Assembly (NCBI GenBank): GCA_044229975.1 | Contig: JBGARZ010000012.1 | Coordinates: forward strand, 224,001 to 288,000 | Source of the DNA: Polyangiales bacterium | GTDB lineage: Bacteria > Myxococcota_A > Polyangia > Polyangiales > Ga0077539 | Direction: 5' to 3' | Length of the DNA: 64,000 nucleotides | Part shown: piece after piece, positions 54,555 through 64,000 of the stretch | Layout of the letters: every line of letters starts with the position of its first letter | Position numbering within the stretch: the first letter of the stretch is position 1 | The notes under the pieces: model-generated | The model's input: only the letters and a program-made list of their open reading frames with translations | The model's database searches: none | Told to the model about the DNA's origin: nothing | Translations under genes and position numbers: made by a program

Positions 54555-56690
54555 ATGCCGACACTCCTGATGCGCTCCCACCGCGCGATGCGCCTCGCCT
54601 GGACCGTCGTTCTTGCCCTGCTCGCGGGTGTCTCGGCGTCGCGTCCCTTCCGCGAGACGGACGTCTTCTGGCACCTCTCCCTCGGCCGCGCGGTGCTCCG
54701 CCACGGCGCCCGCGTCGTCCCCGAACCCCACGCCTTCCCCGCCTACGGTCGCCCCTGCACCGCCCAGGAGTGGCTCTGGGACGTCGCCACCTTCGCCCTC
54801 CACCGCGCCCTCGGCTGGACCGCCCTCGTCTGGCTCATCATCGCCCTCGCCGTCGCTACCGCAGTGCTCGTCGCGCGCGCCCTCTCCGCCGGTCGCGACG
54901 ACCCCCACCCCGGCGCCTTTGCCCTCGTCTCCGCGCTCGCCATGGTCGGCGCCCGCAACGCCCTCCACGAGCGCCCCGAGTGCGCCTCGATGGTGCTGCT
55001 CCCGGCGTTCATGCTCGTCGCCCGCGCGTACGCCGACGCACCCGCGCGCCGCCTGCGCCTCGGCGCCGCCCTCGTCGCGCTCGAACTCCTCTGGGCGCAG
55101 GTGCACCCCACCTTCGTCCTCGCGCCCGCCGTCTTCGTCCTCACCGTGCTCTTCGGGCGACCCATCGATCGCGCCTCCCTCCGCGACCACGGCCTCGTCG
55201 CCGCCGCGCTCGTCGTCGGCCTCGCCAGCAGCGCGTTCGGGCTCCGCGTCGTTCACAACGTGCTCGCCCACGCGGGCGGCGATGCCGCGCAGCACATCAC
55301 CGACATGGCCGCGCCGACGTGGGCGTTCTTCCACCCGCTGCGCATGGAACCGGGCGCCCTCTTCGCCGCGCTGCTCTCGCTCGGCGTCGCGGGGATGCTC
55401 GTCACCCGGCGTGTCCCGTGGCGCGAGCTCTCCCTCGCCGCCTTGGGAACCGCCCTCGTCGCCACCGCCGTCCGCGGCGTCGCGCCCGCCAGTGTCCTCG
55501 CTGCGCCCTTCGCGCTCGATGGTGCGCTCGCTCTCTTCGCGCTGGCGTCGTCGCGTGTGCAGGCGGCGCTCATCCCCGTCGCCCTCGCCGCGGCCGGTGC
55601 GCTGCTCTTCCACGATGCCAGGCCGTCGCTGCCGTTCTTCCCGCCGTCGGCCGCTACGGCGCTCGCACCCGGCTGGTATCCGCGCGCCGCGGCCGCGTGG
55701 CTGCGCCGCGTCCCGCCCGGGACCCGGGTGTTCACCACCTACGCGTCGGGAGCGCCGCTCGGCTTCTGGCTCGACGGGCGCGTCCACACCTTCGTCGACT
55801 CCCGAACGCCGCTCTACTTCGACGACGCCGAGTACGGCCTCGCCCGCGCCGCGTGGTTTCAATCCGGCGCCCTCGCGCGCACCGTCGATCGCTACGCCAC
55901 GCCCGTCGCCGTGGTCGAGCGCGACGCCGCGGTGTGCGAGCTGCTGCGCGCCGACGCACGGTGGTACCCGGTGGTCGTCGACGCCCGCACCACCACCTTC
56001 GTGCGCCGCGAAACGCCCCTCGACGCCACGCCTGTCACCCGCATGGCGGCGTGCGGCGCCGACTACCTCGCGCCCGACGCCTGCGCTGACGGTGGCGTGG
56101 TGCTGAGCAACGAGATCGCCGCCATCGCTCGTGACGCCGACGCTGCCTTCGTGCGCTACCTCCGCGCCGAGCGCGCGGTGCGATGCCGCATTGCTGGGGT
56201 GACGGTCGCGGCCGTGCGGGCGATGGTTCCGTCGGCGGAGGAGGCGGCGGTGTTTGCGGTGCAGCGCGACACGCTCATGGCGAAGGTGCTGGTCGCCGAA
56301 GGGCGCCTCGACGAGGCCTACGAGCTGGCCGTCGACATGGTGCGCCGCGGCGACGCGCTCGCATATCACACGGTGCTGGCACCGCTTGCCGCGCGACGCG
56401 ATCAGACGCGACTACGTGGGCTGCTCGAACCGGTGGCGCGCACCCTGGGCGACGACACGCCGGGGGATGTCAGGGCGCTGCTGGCGCAGCTCTGCGTCGC
56501 ACGTCGCGACGTCGAGGGGGCCCGCTTCCACGCGCTGCGGGCGGCGGCGATGGGGTCGGCGTCGGCGGTTCCGACGCTGTGCTGGTTGCGGGCGCGTCAC
56601 CCGGATGCGGCGGCGCGTGCCGACGCCGACGCGTGGCTCGCGACGATGCAGCGGGAGCGACCGGATCTCACCTGTCCTGCGCGGCGGTGA
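54555..56690 (+). CDS. Polytopic membrane protein, GT-C glycosyltransferase-like
   Basis: DVFWHLSLGR, QEWLWDV, ERPE, LWAQVH, FVDSRT after and between many TM helices; helical C-terminal domain. Confidence 0.7.
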   Translation: MPTLLMRSHRAMRLAWTVVLALLAGVSASRPFRETDVFWHLSLGRAVLRHGARVVPEPHAFPAYGRPCTAQEWLWDVATFALHRALGWTALVWLIIALAVATAVLVARALSAGRDDPHPGAFALVSALAMVGARNALHERPECASMVLLPAFMLVARAYADAPARRLRLGAALVALELLWAQVHPTFVLAPAVFVLTVLFGRPIDRASLRDHGLVAAALVVGLASSAFGLRVVHNVLAHAGGDAAQHITDMAAPTWAFFHPLRMEPGALFAALLSLGVAGMLVTRRVPWRELSLAALGTALVATAVRGVAPASVLAAPFALDGALALFALASSRVQAALIPVALAAAGALLFHDARPSLPFFPPSAATALAPGWYPRAAAAWLRRVPPGTRVFTTYASGAPLGFWLDGRVHTFVDSRTPLYFDDAEYGLARAAWFQSGALARTVDRYATPVAVVERDAAVCELLRADARWYPVVVDARTTTFVRRETPLDATPVTRMAACGADYLAPDACADGGVVLSNEIAAIARDADAAFVRYLRAERAVRCRIAGVTVAAVRAMVPSAEEAAVFAVQRDTLMAKVLVAEGRLDEAYELAVDMVRRGDALAYHTVLAPLAARRDQTRLRGLLEPVARTLGDDTPGDVRALLAQLCVARRDVEGARFHALRAAAMGSASAVPTLCWLRARHPDAAARADADAWLATMQRERPDLTCPARR

Positions 56691-56695
56691 GGCCG

Positions 56696-57655
56696 TCAGC
56701 CGAGCAGCTCGTCCGCCGACGCTGCCGTGAAGAGCCGCTCCGACCACGTCGTCAGCCGATCGACGTCCGACTCCGTGGCGACGAGTGCTGCCTGCTCTTC
56801 GGTGAGCGCGATGCCCCGCAATCGGCACCCCTCCAGGAGGTTGCGCGCCGTCACCACCTGCATCCGCGCGAGCTGGTCGACCACGTCCGAGCGCTGTCGC
56901 TCCGCTTCCGAGCGCTGCCGCTCCGCTTCCGAGCGCTGCCGCTCCGCCTCGTCGAGCGCTCCCTGTCGTTCGTCTGCGAGGGATTGCAGGCGGGCCACGA
57001 GCTCGCTTTCACTCGGCACCATGGACTGGTTGACGAAGAACCGCAGCCGCAGTTGCACGATCGCGAGATCGAGCCCGAGCACATTCGATCGCAGATACCC
57101 GCCCTGCGGAACAATCGGTTGATAGGTGCGGGTCCCGGGAGGCAGGCGCCATCCACGGAGGACGCCGCGCCGACAGTCGAAGCTGAAGTATTCGGGGATG
57201 CCCACGCGGGCGTAGTCGCGGACGTTCTCCACGACGTCCTTGTGCTTGCGCCCGAGGTTGCGCACCTCGACCACGAAGTCGACGCCGCGCTTCTCGTTCT
57301 GGACGATCCAGCTCTCGGGCTCGTAGTCCGGGTCGCAGTCGAGCACCGCCATCACGTCGGGCACGATGACCGCCTCGCCCGGATAGAACACCCCGAGCTC
57401 ACTGGCGAGCAGCACCCCGCGTCCCAGCCGACGGAAGTGAGCGTCGAGGTCGGCGGCAATACCCATCTTGCGCTTGGAGTGCTTCACGCCCTCGGTCATC
57501 GCCTCGCGGTACTCGTCGAGCACGGCCTCGATGCGCTCCACCACGGCGTCGCGCTCGCTCGGCGACAACCGACCCCAGGTCTCCTCGTCCGGGAACACGA
57601 TGCGCGGGTCGTCCCACACCCGAGGCGTCGCCGTGCGCTGTGATCCGAAGGTCAT
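56696..57655 (-). CDS. Uma2 family endonuclease
   Basis: IVPDVMAV, FVVEV, YARVGIPEYF; C-terminal coiled coil with EAERQRS three times (21-nt tandem repeat). Confidence 0.9.
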   Translation of the reverse strand: MTFGSQRTATPRVWDDPRIVFPDEETWGRLSPSERDAVVERIEAVLDEYREAMTEGVKHSKRKMGIAADLDAHFRRLGRGVLLASELGVFYPGEAVIVPDVMAVLDCDPDYEPESWIVQNEKRGVDFVVEVRNLGRKHKDVVENVRDYARVGIPEYFSFDCRRGVLRGWRLPPGTRTYQPIVPQGGYLRSNVLGLDLAIVQLRLRFFVNQSMVPSESELVARLQSLADERQGALDEAERQRSEAERQRSEAERQRSDVVDQLARMQVVTARNLLEGCRLRGIALTEEQAALVATESDVDRLTTWSERLFTAASADELLG

Positions 57656-57722
57656 GGTCGGTCCATGGTACCGCCGCGGGACGCTCGTTCGCCATCGGTC
57701 ATCGACGTGATACGAGCGCGCG

Positions 57723-59084
57723 GTGCATCGACCACGGCGCCCTCTCTCCGTCGCCCTCCTCTTCGGCAGCATCGTTGTCGGTTGCGTGGACGACCCACCC
57801 ACGACCGACGCTGCGCTTCAAGACGACGCCGCAGACGTAGCCCCGCTGGACGTCACGCGTAGCGATGTCTCCGTCGTCGATGTCTCCGTCGTCGACGTCC
57901 CCGTCGTCGACGTCCCTGCCCTCGACACACCCTCTCCGCACGACGTCGCGTTTGCGCCCGATGCCTCCATCGACATTGGCGTCGCGCCCGCGCTCGATGT
58001 CCCCGTCGACATCCCCATCGATGCCCCCGACGCGCCCACTCTCGACCGCCCCGACGCCCCCGCAGTCGACGTCCCCATCGACATCCCCATCGACGCCCCG
58101 CGCCCCGACCCGCTCGCCACGCTCGGTGAGTGTCTCGGCTCCTCCGCCCCGCTCACCATCTCGCGCCAGATGCCCTTCGTGTCGGTCCCCATTGGTGGGC
58201 TCCGTGGTGAGTTCGTCCTCGACCACGGAACCACCTTCTCCAGCATCGACCTCGCCGCCTTCCCCTCGCCCGGCCCCGCCACCTCGGGCTGCGACCCCAC
58301 GCGCCTCGGCGTCACCTGCACCGTCGACGCCTTCTCCTTCTTCGCCCCCGCCTCGCCCGTGCGCCTCGTCACGGCCGACTTCCGCGCCGTCGCCGCCTCC
58401 GTCCGCCAGGCCGGCATCGTCGGAACCGACTTCACCAGCCTCCGCGTCGTCGCCCTCTCCTACGCCACCGCGCGCCTCTTCGTCAGCAACACCACACCCC
58501 GCTGCACCGACGCGGCGTGGCGCTCGGCCGGCTTCGTCGCGCTCTCCTCCGCGGGCTTCTTCAGCGACGACCTCTCCACCCTCAACCCCATGACCACCGT
58601 CGACTCCAGCGCCGCGCCCGCCGCGCGCGTCCCCAACGTGCCGACGGTCACCGTGCGCCTCGCAGACACCACCGCCGTCGCCCAGCTCGACACCGGCTTC
58701 GACGATGCGCTCGTCCCCTTCTCGGTCAACGTCAATGACGCCTTCTACCGCGCCATCATCGCGCGTGACCCCGGCGCCCTCGTGCGCGACGCCGCCCACG
58801 ACCTCGCGCTCACCACCTGCGTCGTCGGCCTGAGCGAGTCCGTCGACGCGTACTCCATCGGTGCAGGCCGCGCGCTGGAGTTCGTCGACGACCGCGGCGC
58901 CGTCGCGAGGCGCTACCCCGGAGCGACCATCTTCGTGAAGCGCACCCCCACCGCCGCTCGCACCTGCGGCGGCATCGGAACCTGGACCGCTCCCGCCGCC
59001 CAGATCGCGGGGTCGTTCTTCGTGGACTTCGGGGCGGTGGTGTTCGACCCGTTCAGCGCGCGCGTGTGGGTGCAGCCGCGGTGA
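57723..59084 (+). CDS. Lipoprotein with aspartic-protease-like motifs
   Basis: IVVGC lipobox, DVP/DAP stalk, FVLDHGTTFS, GIVGTDF, AQLDTG. Confidence 0.6.
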   Translation: MHRPRRPLSVALLFGSIVVGCVDDPPTTDAALQDDAADVAPLDVTRSDVSVVDVSVVDVPVVDVPALDTPSPHDVAFAPDASIDIGVAPALDVPVDIPIDAPDAPTLDRPDAPAVDVPIDIPIDAPRPDPLATLGECLGSSAPLTISRQMPFVSVPIGGLRGEFVLDHGTTFSSIDLAAFPSPGPATSGCDPTRLGVTCTVDAFSFFAPASPVRLVTADFRAVAASVRQAGIVGTDFTSLRVVALSYATARLFVSNTTPRCTDAAWRSAGFVALSSAGFFSDDLSTLNPMTTVDSSAAPAARVPNVPTVTVRLADTTAVAQLDTGFDDALVPFSVNVNDAFYRAIIARDPGALVRDAAHDLALTTCVVGLSESVDAYSIGAGRALEFVDDRGAVARRYPGATIFVKRTPTAARTCGGIGTWTAPAAQIAGSFFVDFGAVVFDPFSARVWVQPR

Positions 59085-59847
59085 TCGGACGCTTCGGCGC
59101 GACGGCCTCGTGGCTCTCGGTCACCCGCCGCGCGAGCTCCTTCCACGACACCTTCGCGCCGTCGACGCGCATCGCGAGCCATCCCTTCGCGCCGATGTAC
59201 GGCGGCAGGTAGTAGCGCTTCGGGTGAGCCTCCACGAGCTCCGCGGCCTCGTCCCGATCCGCGCGGAAGCACACCGCCACGATGCCGTCGCGGTGCACGT
59301 TGTCGTAGAAGTACGCGTAGGGCTTCTTGCCGACGCGAAACGCCGTCTGCCACGACGAGGTCTCGGTCACCGACCCGGGCAGCGCCTCGCAGATCGCCGT
59401 GATCCGCGCGAGCGCATCGCGCACCACTTCGGGATCGGTCGTCGGGTACACCACTGCCTTCGGTGGGGGCTTGGGCTTCGCGGCCACGAGGCTCTTCGGA
59501 CACACCGAGCGCCACGCCTCCTCGACGATGATCGCGAGCGCCTCGAAGTCCGTCGTCGGCCGCTCCAACCGAACGCCCACCCACCCCTTCACGCCCACGT
59601 ACGGCGGGACGAAGTACACGTCGGGATCAGCCTTCGTGAGACGCCGCTGCTCGTCGAGCGTCGACTTGCACCACACCGCCACGCGCCCATCACCGTGATG
59701 GTCGTTGGCGAAGGTCACGAACCCCTTGCCCTTCACATGGAAGAACGGAGCGCCGTGGGAGAGCTTCTCTTCGGTCCCGGCGAAGTCGAAACAGATCTGT
59801 CGAACGCGGGTGAGCAGAGCCTCGGTCGGGTCGGTCGGTTTCGCCAC
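59053..59847 (-). CDS. Tandem MmcQ/YjbR domain protein
   Basis: Two repeats: YFVPPYVGVKGWVGVRL and YYLPPYIGAKGWLAMRV. Confidence 0.88.
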   Translation of the reverse strand: MAKPTDPTEALLTRVRQICFDFAGTEEKLSHGAPFFHVKGKGFVTFANDHHGDGRVAVWCKSTLDEQRRLTKADPDVYFVPPYVGVKGWVGVRLERPTTDFEALAIIVEEAWRSVCPKSLVAAKPKPPPKAVVYPTTDPEVVRDALARITAICEALPGSVTETSSWQTAFRVGKKPYAYFYDNVHRDGIVAVCFRADRDEAAELVEAHPKRYYLPPYIGAKGWLAMRVDGAKVSWKELARRVTESHEAVAPKRPITAAAPTRAR

Positions 59848-59873
59848 GCGCGGACTCTATCGCAGCACCCTTC

Positions 59874-60797
59874 TCATGTCGGCGCCCCCGCGAGCCGCAG
59901 CCTCCCCGGCTGCACGGTGAACGTCACCGGCGCCCTCCCCGGCGCCTCGCCGTCGAGGTCGAGCCACGCCGTGTGTTCGATCACCTCGACCCTCACCTCC
60001 GTGACCTTCGCGATCAGCGCGCCAGGGACGCGGCCGTGCGTCCCTCGGTACAGGTGGTGCCCGTGGGTGAGCGCGTGCGTGAGCCCGAGGTGCGGCATCA
60101 CCACCAGGTCAAGGGCGCCGTCGTCGAGCAGCGCGTCGGGGCAGAAGCGCATCCCGCCACCCGCATAGCGCCCATTGCCCACCACCACGAAGGAGATGGC
60201 GTGCACCCCGAGGTCGCGGCCGTCCGCCGTGATGCGCACGCGCGCCGGGTCGTAGCGGAGCATCGCCTGGATGGTTCCGACCGCGAAGGAGACGCCGCCG
60301 CCGAAGCGCTTGCCCGACGCGTTGACGAGGCGGTCCACGAGGCCCGTCACGCCGCACGACGCGAGGTTGATGAACCACCGCGTCGCGAGGCTCTCGTCGT
60401 CGCAGGTGTACTCCGCGTGGCCAACATCGATGGCCCGCGTCTCGCGCTCGCGCAACGCACGCAACGCCTCGCCGAGCGTCGCGACGCCGATGGTGCGTCG
60501 CAGGTCGCTGCCTGTGCCCGCGGGCAACACACCGAACGCCACGCCTGCGCCGTCGGGGTGCCCCATGAGACCGTTGACCACCTCGTGGTGGGTGCCGTCG
60601 CCGCCCAGTGAGAGCACCCGCTCGGCGCCTCCGTCCACGGCGTCGTGGGCGAGGGCTTGAGCCTCACTGGAGCGCGTCGTCTCGACGTACTCGAAGGCGC
60701 CGAGCGCCTCGCGGATGGTGCGACGGATGGCATCACGATCGCGGCCCACCCGCCCAGCGCCCGCGGTCGGGTTGGCGATGACGACGGTGCGGCTCAC
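59874..60797 (-). CDS. Diacylglycerol kinase family lipid kinase
   Basis: NPTAGAG, GGDGTHHEVVNG, PAGTGSD, NGRYAGGG, DGE; GTG overlaps the upstream stop. Confidence 0.93.
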   Translation of the reverse strand: MSRTVVIANPTAGAGRVGRDRDAIRRTIREALGAFEYVETTRSSEAQALAHDAVDGGAERVLSLGGDGTHHEVVNGLMGHPDGAGVAFGVLPAGTGSDLRRTIGVATLGEALRALRERETRAIDVGHAEYTCDDESLATRWFINLASCGVTGLVDRLVNASGKRFGGGVSFAVGTIQAMLRYDPARVRITADGRDLGVHAISFVVVGNGRYAGGGMRFCPDALLDDGALDLVVMPHLGLTHALTHGHHLYRGTHGRVPGALIAKVTEVRVEVIEHTAWLDLDGEAPGRAPVTFTVQPGRLRLAGAPT

Positions 60798-61540
60798 GGG
60801 CGGTCGTACCCCGGGACGAGCGTCTTGAACCACCGGTCACAGTGCGGGAAGAAGCCAGCGAAGTTGCCGCGGATCTTCGCGTGGTGGGCATCATGGTGGC
60901 GCGCACCGTCACTGCCCGGGAAGAGCTTCGACGGCGTCCAGGGGAGCTCGTAGCCGCAGTGACCTTCGGCGGCCTCCCATTGGCGGAAGGCGATCCAGAC
61001 CCAGACGGTGACGATGTGGGCGCCGAAGAGCGCAGGGCCCGCGAGCATGAGCAGCCCCGTGGTCACGAACTCCACCGGGTGCATGTAGTGCCCGGTGATG
61101 GCCCACGGCGTGACGATGCGGTGGTGCACGCCGTGGATGTGCTTGAAGAGCCAGCGCGTGTGCATCGCACGGTGCACCCAGTAGTAGAGGAAGTCGTCGA
61201 GCGCGGCGAAGGCGAGCACCTGGAGGGCGATGATCCAGAGCGGCGGCAGCGGGCCAAGCTGCACACGCGACGGGCGAAGCCACGGCCACGCCGCGACGAT
61301 GACCGCGGCGAGCGCGGCGTTGTTGACGAGCCAGCGGGCGATGGAGGGGAGCACGAGGGTCTGCGCGCGCGGCCGACGGGACTGGAGGCGGAAGCGGCGC
61401 AGGGACGGCGGGTCGCGCCACGCGAGCACGGTGAGGGGCGTCGCGAAGAGGAGGAAGGCGCCGACGCTCACGAGCTGACCACCGACGGCGAGGGAGCGGA
61501 AGAGTGGGTCTTGCCAGAGCCCGTTCCACGGGGTGCTCAT
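60794..61540 (-). CDS. Sterol desaturase / fatty acid hydroxylase family protein
   Basis: His boxes HRAMH, HGVHH, HHDAHH, plus HPVE and EGHCGY. Confidence 0.92.
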   Translation of the reverse strand: MSTPWNGLWQDPLFRSLAVGGQLVSVGAFLLFATPLTVLAWRDPPSLRRFRLQSRRPRAQTLVLPSIARWLVNNAALAAVIVAAWPWLRPSRVQLGPLPPLWIIALQVLAFAALDDFLYYWVHRAMHTRWLFKHIHGVHHRIVTPWAITGHYMHPVEFVTTGLLMLAGPALFGAHIVTVWVWIAFRQWEAAEGHCGYELPWTPSKLFPGSDGARHHDAHHAKIRGNFAGFFPHCDRWFKTLVPGYDRP

Positions 61541-61668
61541 CGCGGCGGAGGATAGTGGATGTGGGCGATGGGGTGGTCTGTGAGAAATCTCATCGCCCTG
61601 TCGATCTCGACCAACGTCGATCGTCGTCCGGGTGGGCCATGACGGTCCCGCCGAAGGAAACACCTCCC

Positions 61669-62097
61669 ATGCGATTCATCATCACCGCCACCACCGACCC
61701 CAACGCCCCGAAGGCCGAAGCCCACCACGACCCGGCGCTCTTCGCCGCGTACATGAAGTTCAACGAGGAGATGCACCGCGCCGGCGTCCTCATCGCCTCC
61801 GAGGGGCTCAACCCGGCGCACAAGGGCGCGCGCATCGGCGTCGTCAACGGCAGGCGCGTCGTGCTCGACGGCCCCTTCACCGAGACCAAGGAGCTCGTCG
61901 GCGGCTTCTATCTCATCCAGGTCGCCTCCCTCGACGAGGCCATCTCCTGGGCACTGCGCTGCCCCACTGGCTCCGGCATCGACGACCTCCTCGCCATCCA
62001 CGCCATGACCGACGAGGGAGACCTCCCGCCCGAGGTGCTTGCGACCATCCGCGAGCTCGCCCCGTCGTGGAGCGCGACCTGGTCGAAGCCCCGCTGA
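61669..62097 (+). CDS. YciI/DGPF family protein
   Basis: DGPFTETKELVGGFYLI. Confidence 0.93.
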   Translation: MRFIITATTDPNAPKAEAHHDPALFAAYMKFNEEMHRAGVLIASEGLNPAHKGARIGVVNGRRVVLDGPFTETKELVGGFYLIQVASLDEAISWALRCPTGSGIDDLLAIHAMTDEGDLPPEVLATIRELAPSWSATWSKPR

Positions 62098-62170
62098 CCC
62101 GGCGGGTCGGAGCTCACCGGGCGCGCTTGTGTGCGCCACCCCCGATCGCATCTACACTGCGCGCCGCGCG

Positions 62171-63325
62171 ATGGCCGGCACACGCCCCACCCGACCCCAG
62201 GACCCCATCGCCCGCGGCATTGGGGCCGTCGTCGCGGGGCGTTTTCGCCTCGACGCCCCGCTGGGCCACGGGGGCATGGGCGTCGTGTGGAGCGCGACGC
62301 AGCTCGTGCTCGACCGCCCCGTCGCCCTGAAGCTCGTGCGCCCCGAAGACCTCGGCGACCCCGCCCGGCGCGACGCCCTGCTCGACGAGGCCCGTGCCGC
62401 CGCGAAGGTCTCCCACCCCCACCTCGCGGCCGTCTTCGACGCGGGCCTCGACGACGACGGGAGCGCCTTCTTCGCGATGGAACGCCTCGACGGAGAAGAC
62501 CTGCGCGCCCTGCTCGCGCGCCGCGGACGACTGCGCCCCGACGAGGCCCTCGACCTGCTGCTCCCGGCGCTCGACGCGCTCGCCGCGGTGCACGCCGCCG
62601 GGCTCGTGCACCGCGACGTCAAGCCCGAGAACCTCCACGTCACGCACGCACCCTCCGGCGCGTCGCGCTGCGCCCTCGTCGACTTCGGCATCGCCAGCGC
62701 CGTCGACCGCGACGACGACGACGCCACCGGAACCCTCGCCTACCTCGCGCCCGAGCGCCTCCGCGGTGGCGCGGCGGCGAGCCCCGGCGACGACCTCTGG
62801 TCCTTCGCGGTGGTGCTCTACGAGGCCCTCGCCGGGAGGGCTCCCTTCGTCGGGGCACATCGTCAGGCCCTCACCGACGCCATCGAGCGCGGCGCTTTTC
62901 CTCCGCTGCGCGACCTCGCCCCGACGGTTCCGCCCGCGCTCGCGACGCTCGTGCACCGGGCGCTCGCGCGAGACCCCTCGCAGCGTCCCGCGTCGGCCCG
63001 CACGCTCCACGACGAGCTCGCCGGTCTCCGCGCCCGCCCCTCGCGGCGGCGCCTCGCGGCCCTCGCGGCCTTCGCGCTCGCAGCGCCCGCGGTGTGGTTT
63101 CTGCGGCCCGTACGCGAGCCCGCCTTGCCTCGGACGACGAGCGCGGTGCCGACGATCGTCCCCGTCGAAGCGACCTCGACCGCGACCTCGGACGTACCCG
63201 CTCCCGCCGCGCCGCTGCGCCCCGTGACGGTGGCTCCGCGACGCCCCACCGGACGCGCGGCTCCGACCCCCGCCGAACGCCCATGGTTGCAGCCGCTGCC
63301 GGGCAAGCTCCGGGGGACGCCGTGA
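62171..63325 (+). CDS. Ser/Thr protein kinase with one TM helix
   Basis: LGHGGMGVVW, VALK, HRDVKPEN, DFG, GTLAYLAPE, DLWS. Confidence 0.95.
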   Translation: MAGTRPTRPQDPIARGIGAVVAGRFRLDAPLGHGGMGVVWSATQLVLDRPVALKLVRPEDLGDPARRDALLDEARAAAKVSHPHLAAVFDAGLDDDGSAFFAMERLDGEDLRALLARRGRLRPDEALDLLLPALDALAAVHAAGLVHRDVKPENLHVTHAPSGASRCALVDFGIASAVDRDDDDATGTLAYLAPERLRGGAAASPGDDLWSFAVVLYEALAGRAPFVGAHRQALTDAIERGAFPPLRDLAPTVPPALATLVHRALARDPSQRPASARTLHDELAGLRARPSRRRLAALAAFALAAPAVWFLRPVREPALPRTTSAVPTIVPVEATSTATSDVPAPAAPLRPVTVAPRRPTGRAAPTPAERPWLQPLPGKLRGTP

Positions 63326-64000
63326 CCTCCTCGCGGCGCGTTGCGGCCTGCTTCGTCGCGCTCGTCCTCGCCGGGTCGTCGGCCCGCGCGCAGGAGGCAC
63401 CGCCCTCGCCCGCGGCGCTCCAGGGGCTCTTCGACCGCGCGGTGGAGCTCAGCCGCGCCGAGCGCCACGACGAGGCCATCGCCCTCTACGAGCAGGTGCT
63501 GCGCCACGACGACGAGCCCCGCGTGCGGCGCAACCTCGCCCTCGCCTACCGCGCCCGCGGCCGCGACGTGGAGGCCGTCGAGCAGCTCGATCGCTACCTC
63601 GCCGCACCGCTCCCGGAAGACCGCGACCACCTGCGTGAGCTGCACACCCTGCTGGACGACCTGCGCGCCCGCCTCGCGTCGGTAACGGTGCGGGTCACCC
63701 CCGCCGACGCCGAGCTACGCGTCGACGGCAGAGCCCGCCCGGGCGCGCGTGAGCTCTCCCTCACCGCGGGCCCCCACACGCTCGAACTCACCCGTCCCGG
63801 TCACCGCTCCCTGCGCCGCGAGCTCGACCTGCGCCCCGGTCAGCGCGCGGAGCTCGACGTCACGCTCGAAGCGCTCCCCGCCCTGGCGTCTCTGCGCGTG
63901 GTGCCGACACCAGAGCAGGCGTCCATCGCCGTCGATGGACACCACCGCGGCACCGGCGTCGTGGCGTTGGAGCTCACCCCCGGCGCGCACCTCGTGGAGG
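63322..64000 (+). CDS. TPR plus PEGA domain protein, runs off the right edge
   Basis: Hand translation from GTG at 63322: signal peptide, EAIALYEQV...NLALAYRARGR..EAVEQLDRYL, then VTPADAELRVDG...GPHTLE. Confidence 0.8.
   Translation, partial: MTSSRRVAACFVALVLAGSSARAQEAPPSPAALQGLFDRAVELSRAERHDEAIALYEQVLRHDDEPRVRRNLALAYRARGRDVEAVEQLDRYLAAPLPEDRDHLRELHTLLDDLRARLASVTVRVTPADAELRVDGRARPGARELSLTAGPHTLELTRPGHRSLRRELDLRPGQRAELDVTLEALPALASLRVVPTPEQASIAVDGHHRGTGVVALELTPGAHLVE

Noticed and set aside
56885..56950. 21-nt tandem repeat as a separate element
   Set aside because: In-frame coiled-coil repeat (EAERQRS), usual for Uma2-family tails.

Overview
High-GC window whose gene content (Ser/Thr kinase, TPR-PEGA proteins, Cys-rich lipoproteins, Uma2) suggests a myxobacterium, probably Polyangiales-like; the taxon is an inference. 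The backbone carries lon, a prolyl oligopeptidase, pheS-pheT, an amidohydrolase, a TetR-headed fatty-acyl operon and many secreted lipoproteins. Two accessory regions stand out. (1) A complete chromosomal integron at about 14.2-25.1 kb: intI, an inferred attI, four intact 91-bp attC sites plus decayed ones, and cassettes enriched in toxin-immunity-type genes; the distal VOC gene is split by an intact IS66 with an 8-bp target duplication. (2) A defence island at about 41.8-54.5 kb: an HTH-S24 repressor divergent from an SspB/C/D-like DNA phosphorothioation operon. Instead of the known SspE or SspFGH effectors, the operon continues with a GIY-YIG protein and a large DGQHR (DndB/ParB-like) protein. 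A convergent unit encodes the phosphorothioation-associated methyltransferase, an FGE-sulfatase-domain protein and XisH/XisI. Also seen: a candidate sigma54-driven small RNA with a C-rich loop divergent from lon, and a hairpin with 34-bp arms (REP-like). All family calls come from motif recognition by eye; no database searches were run.
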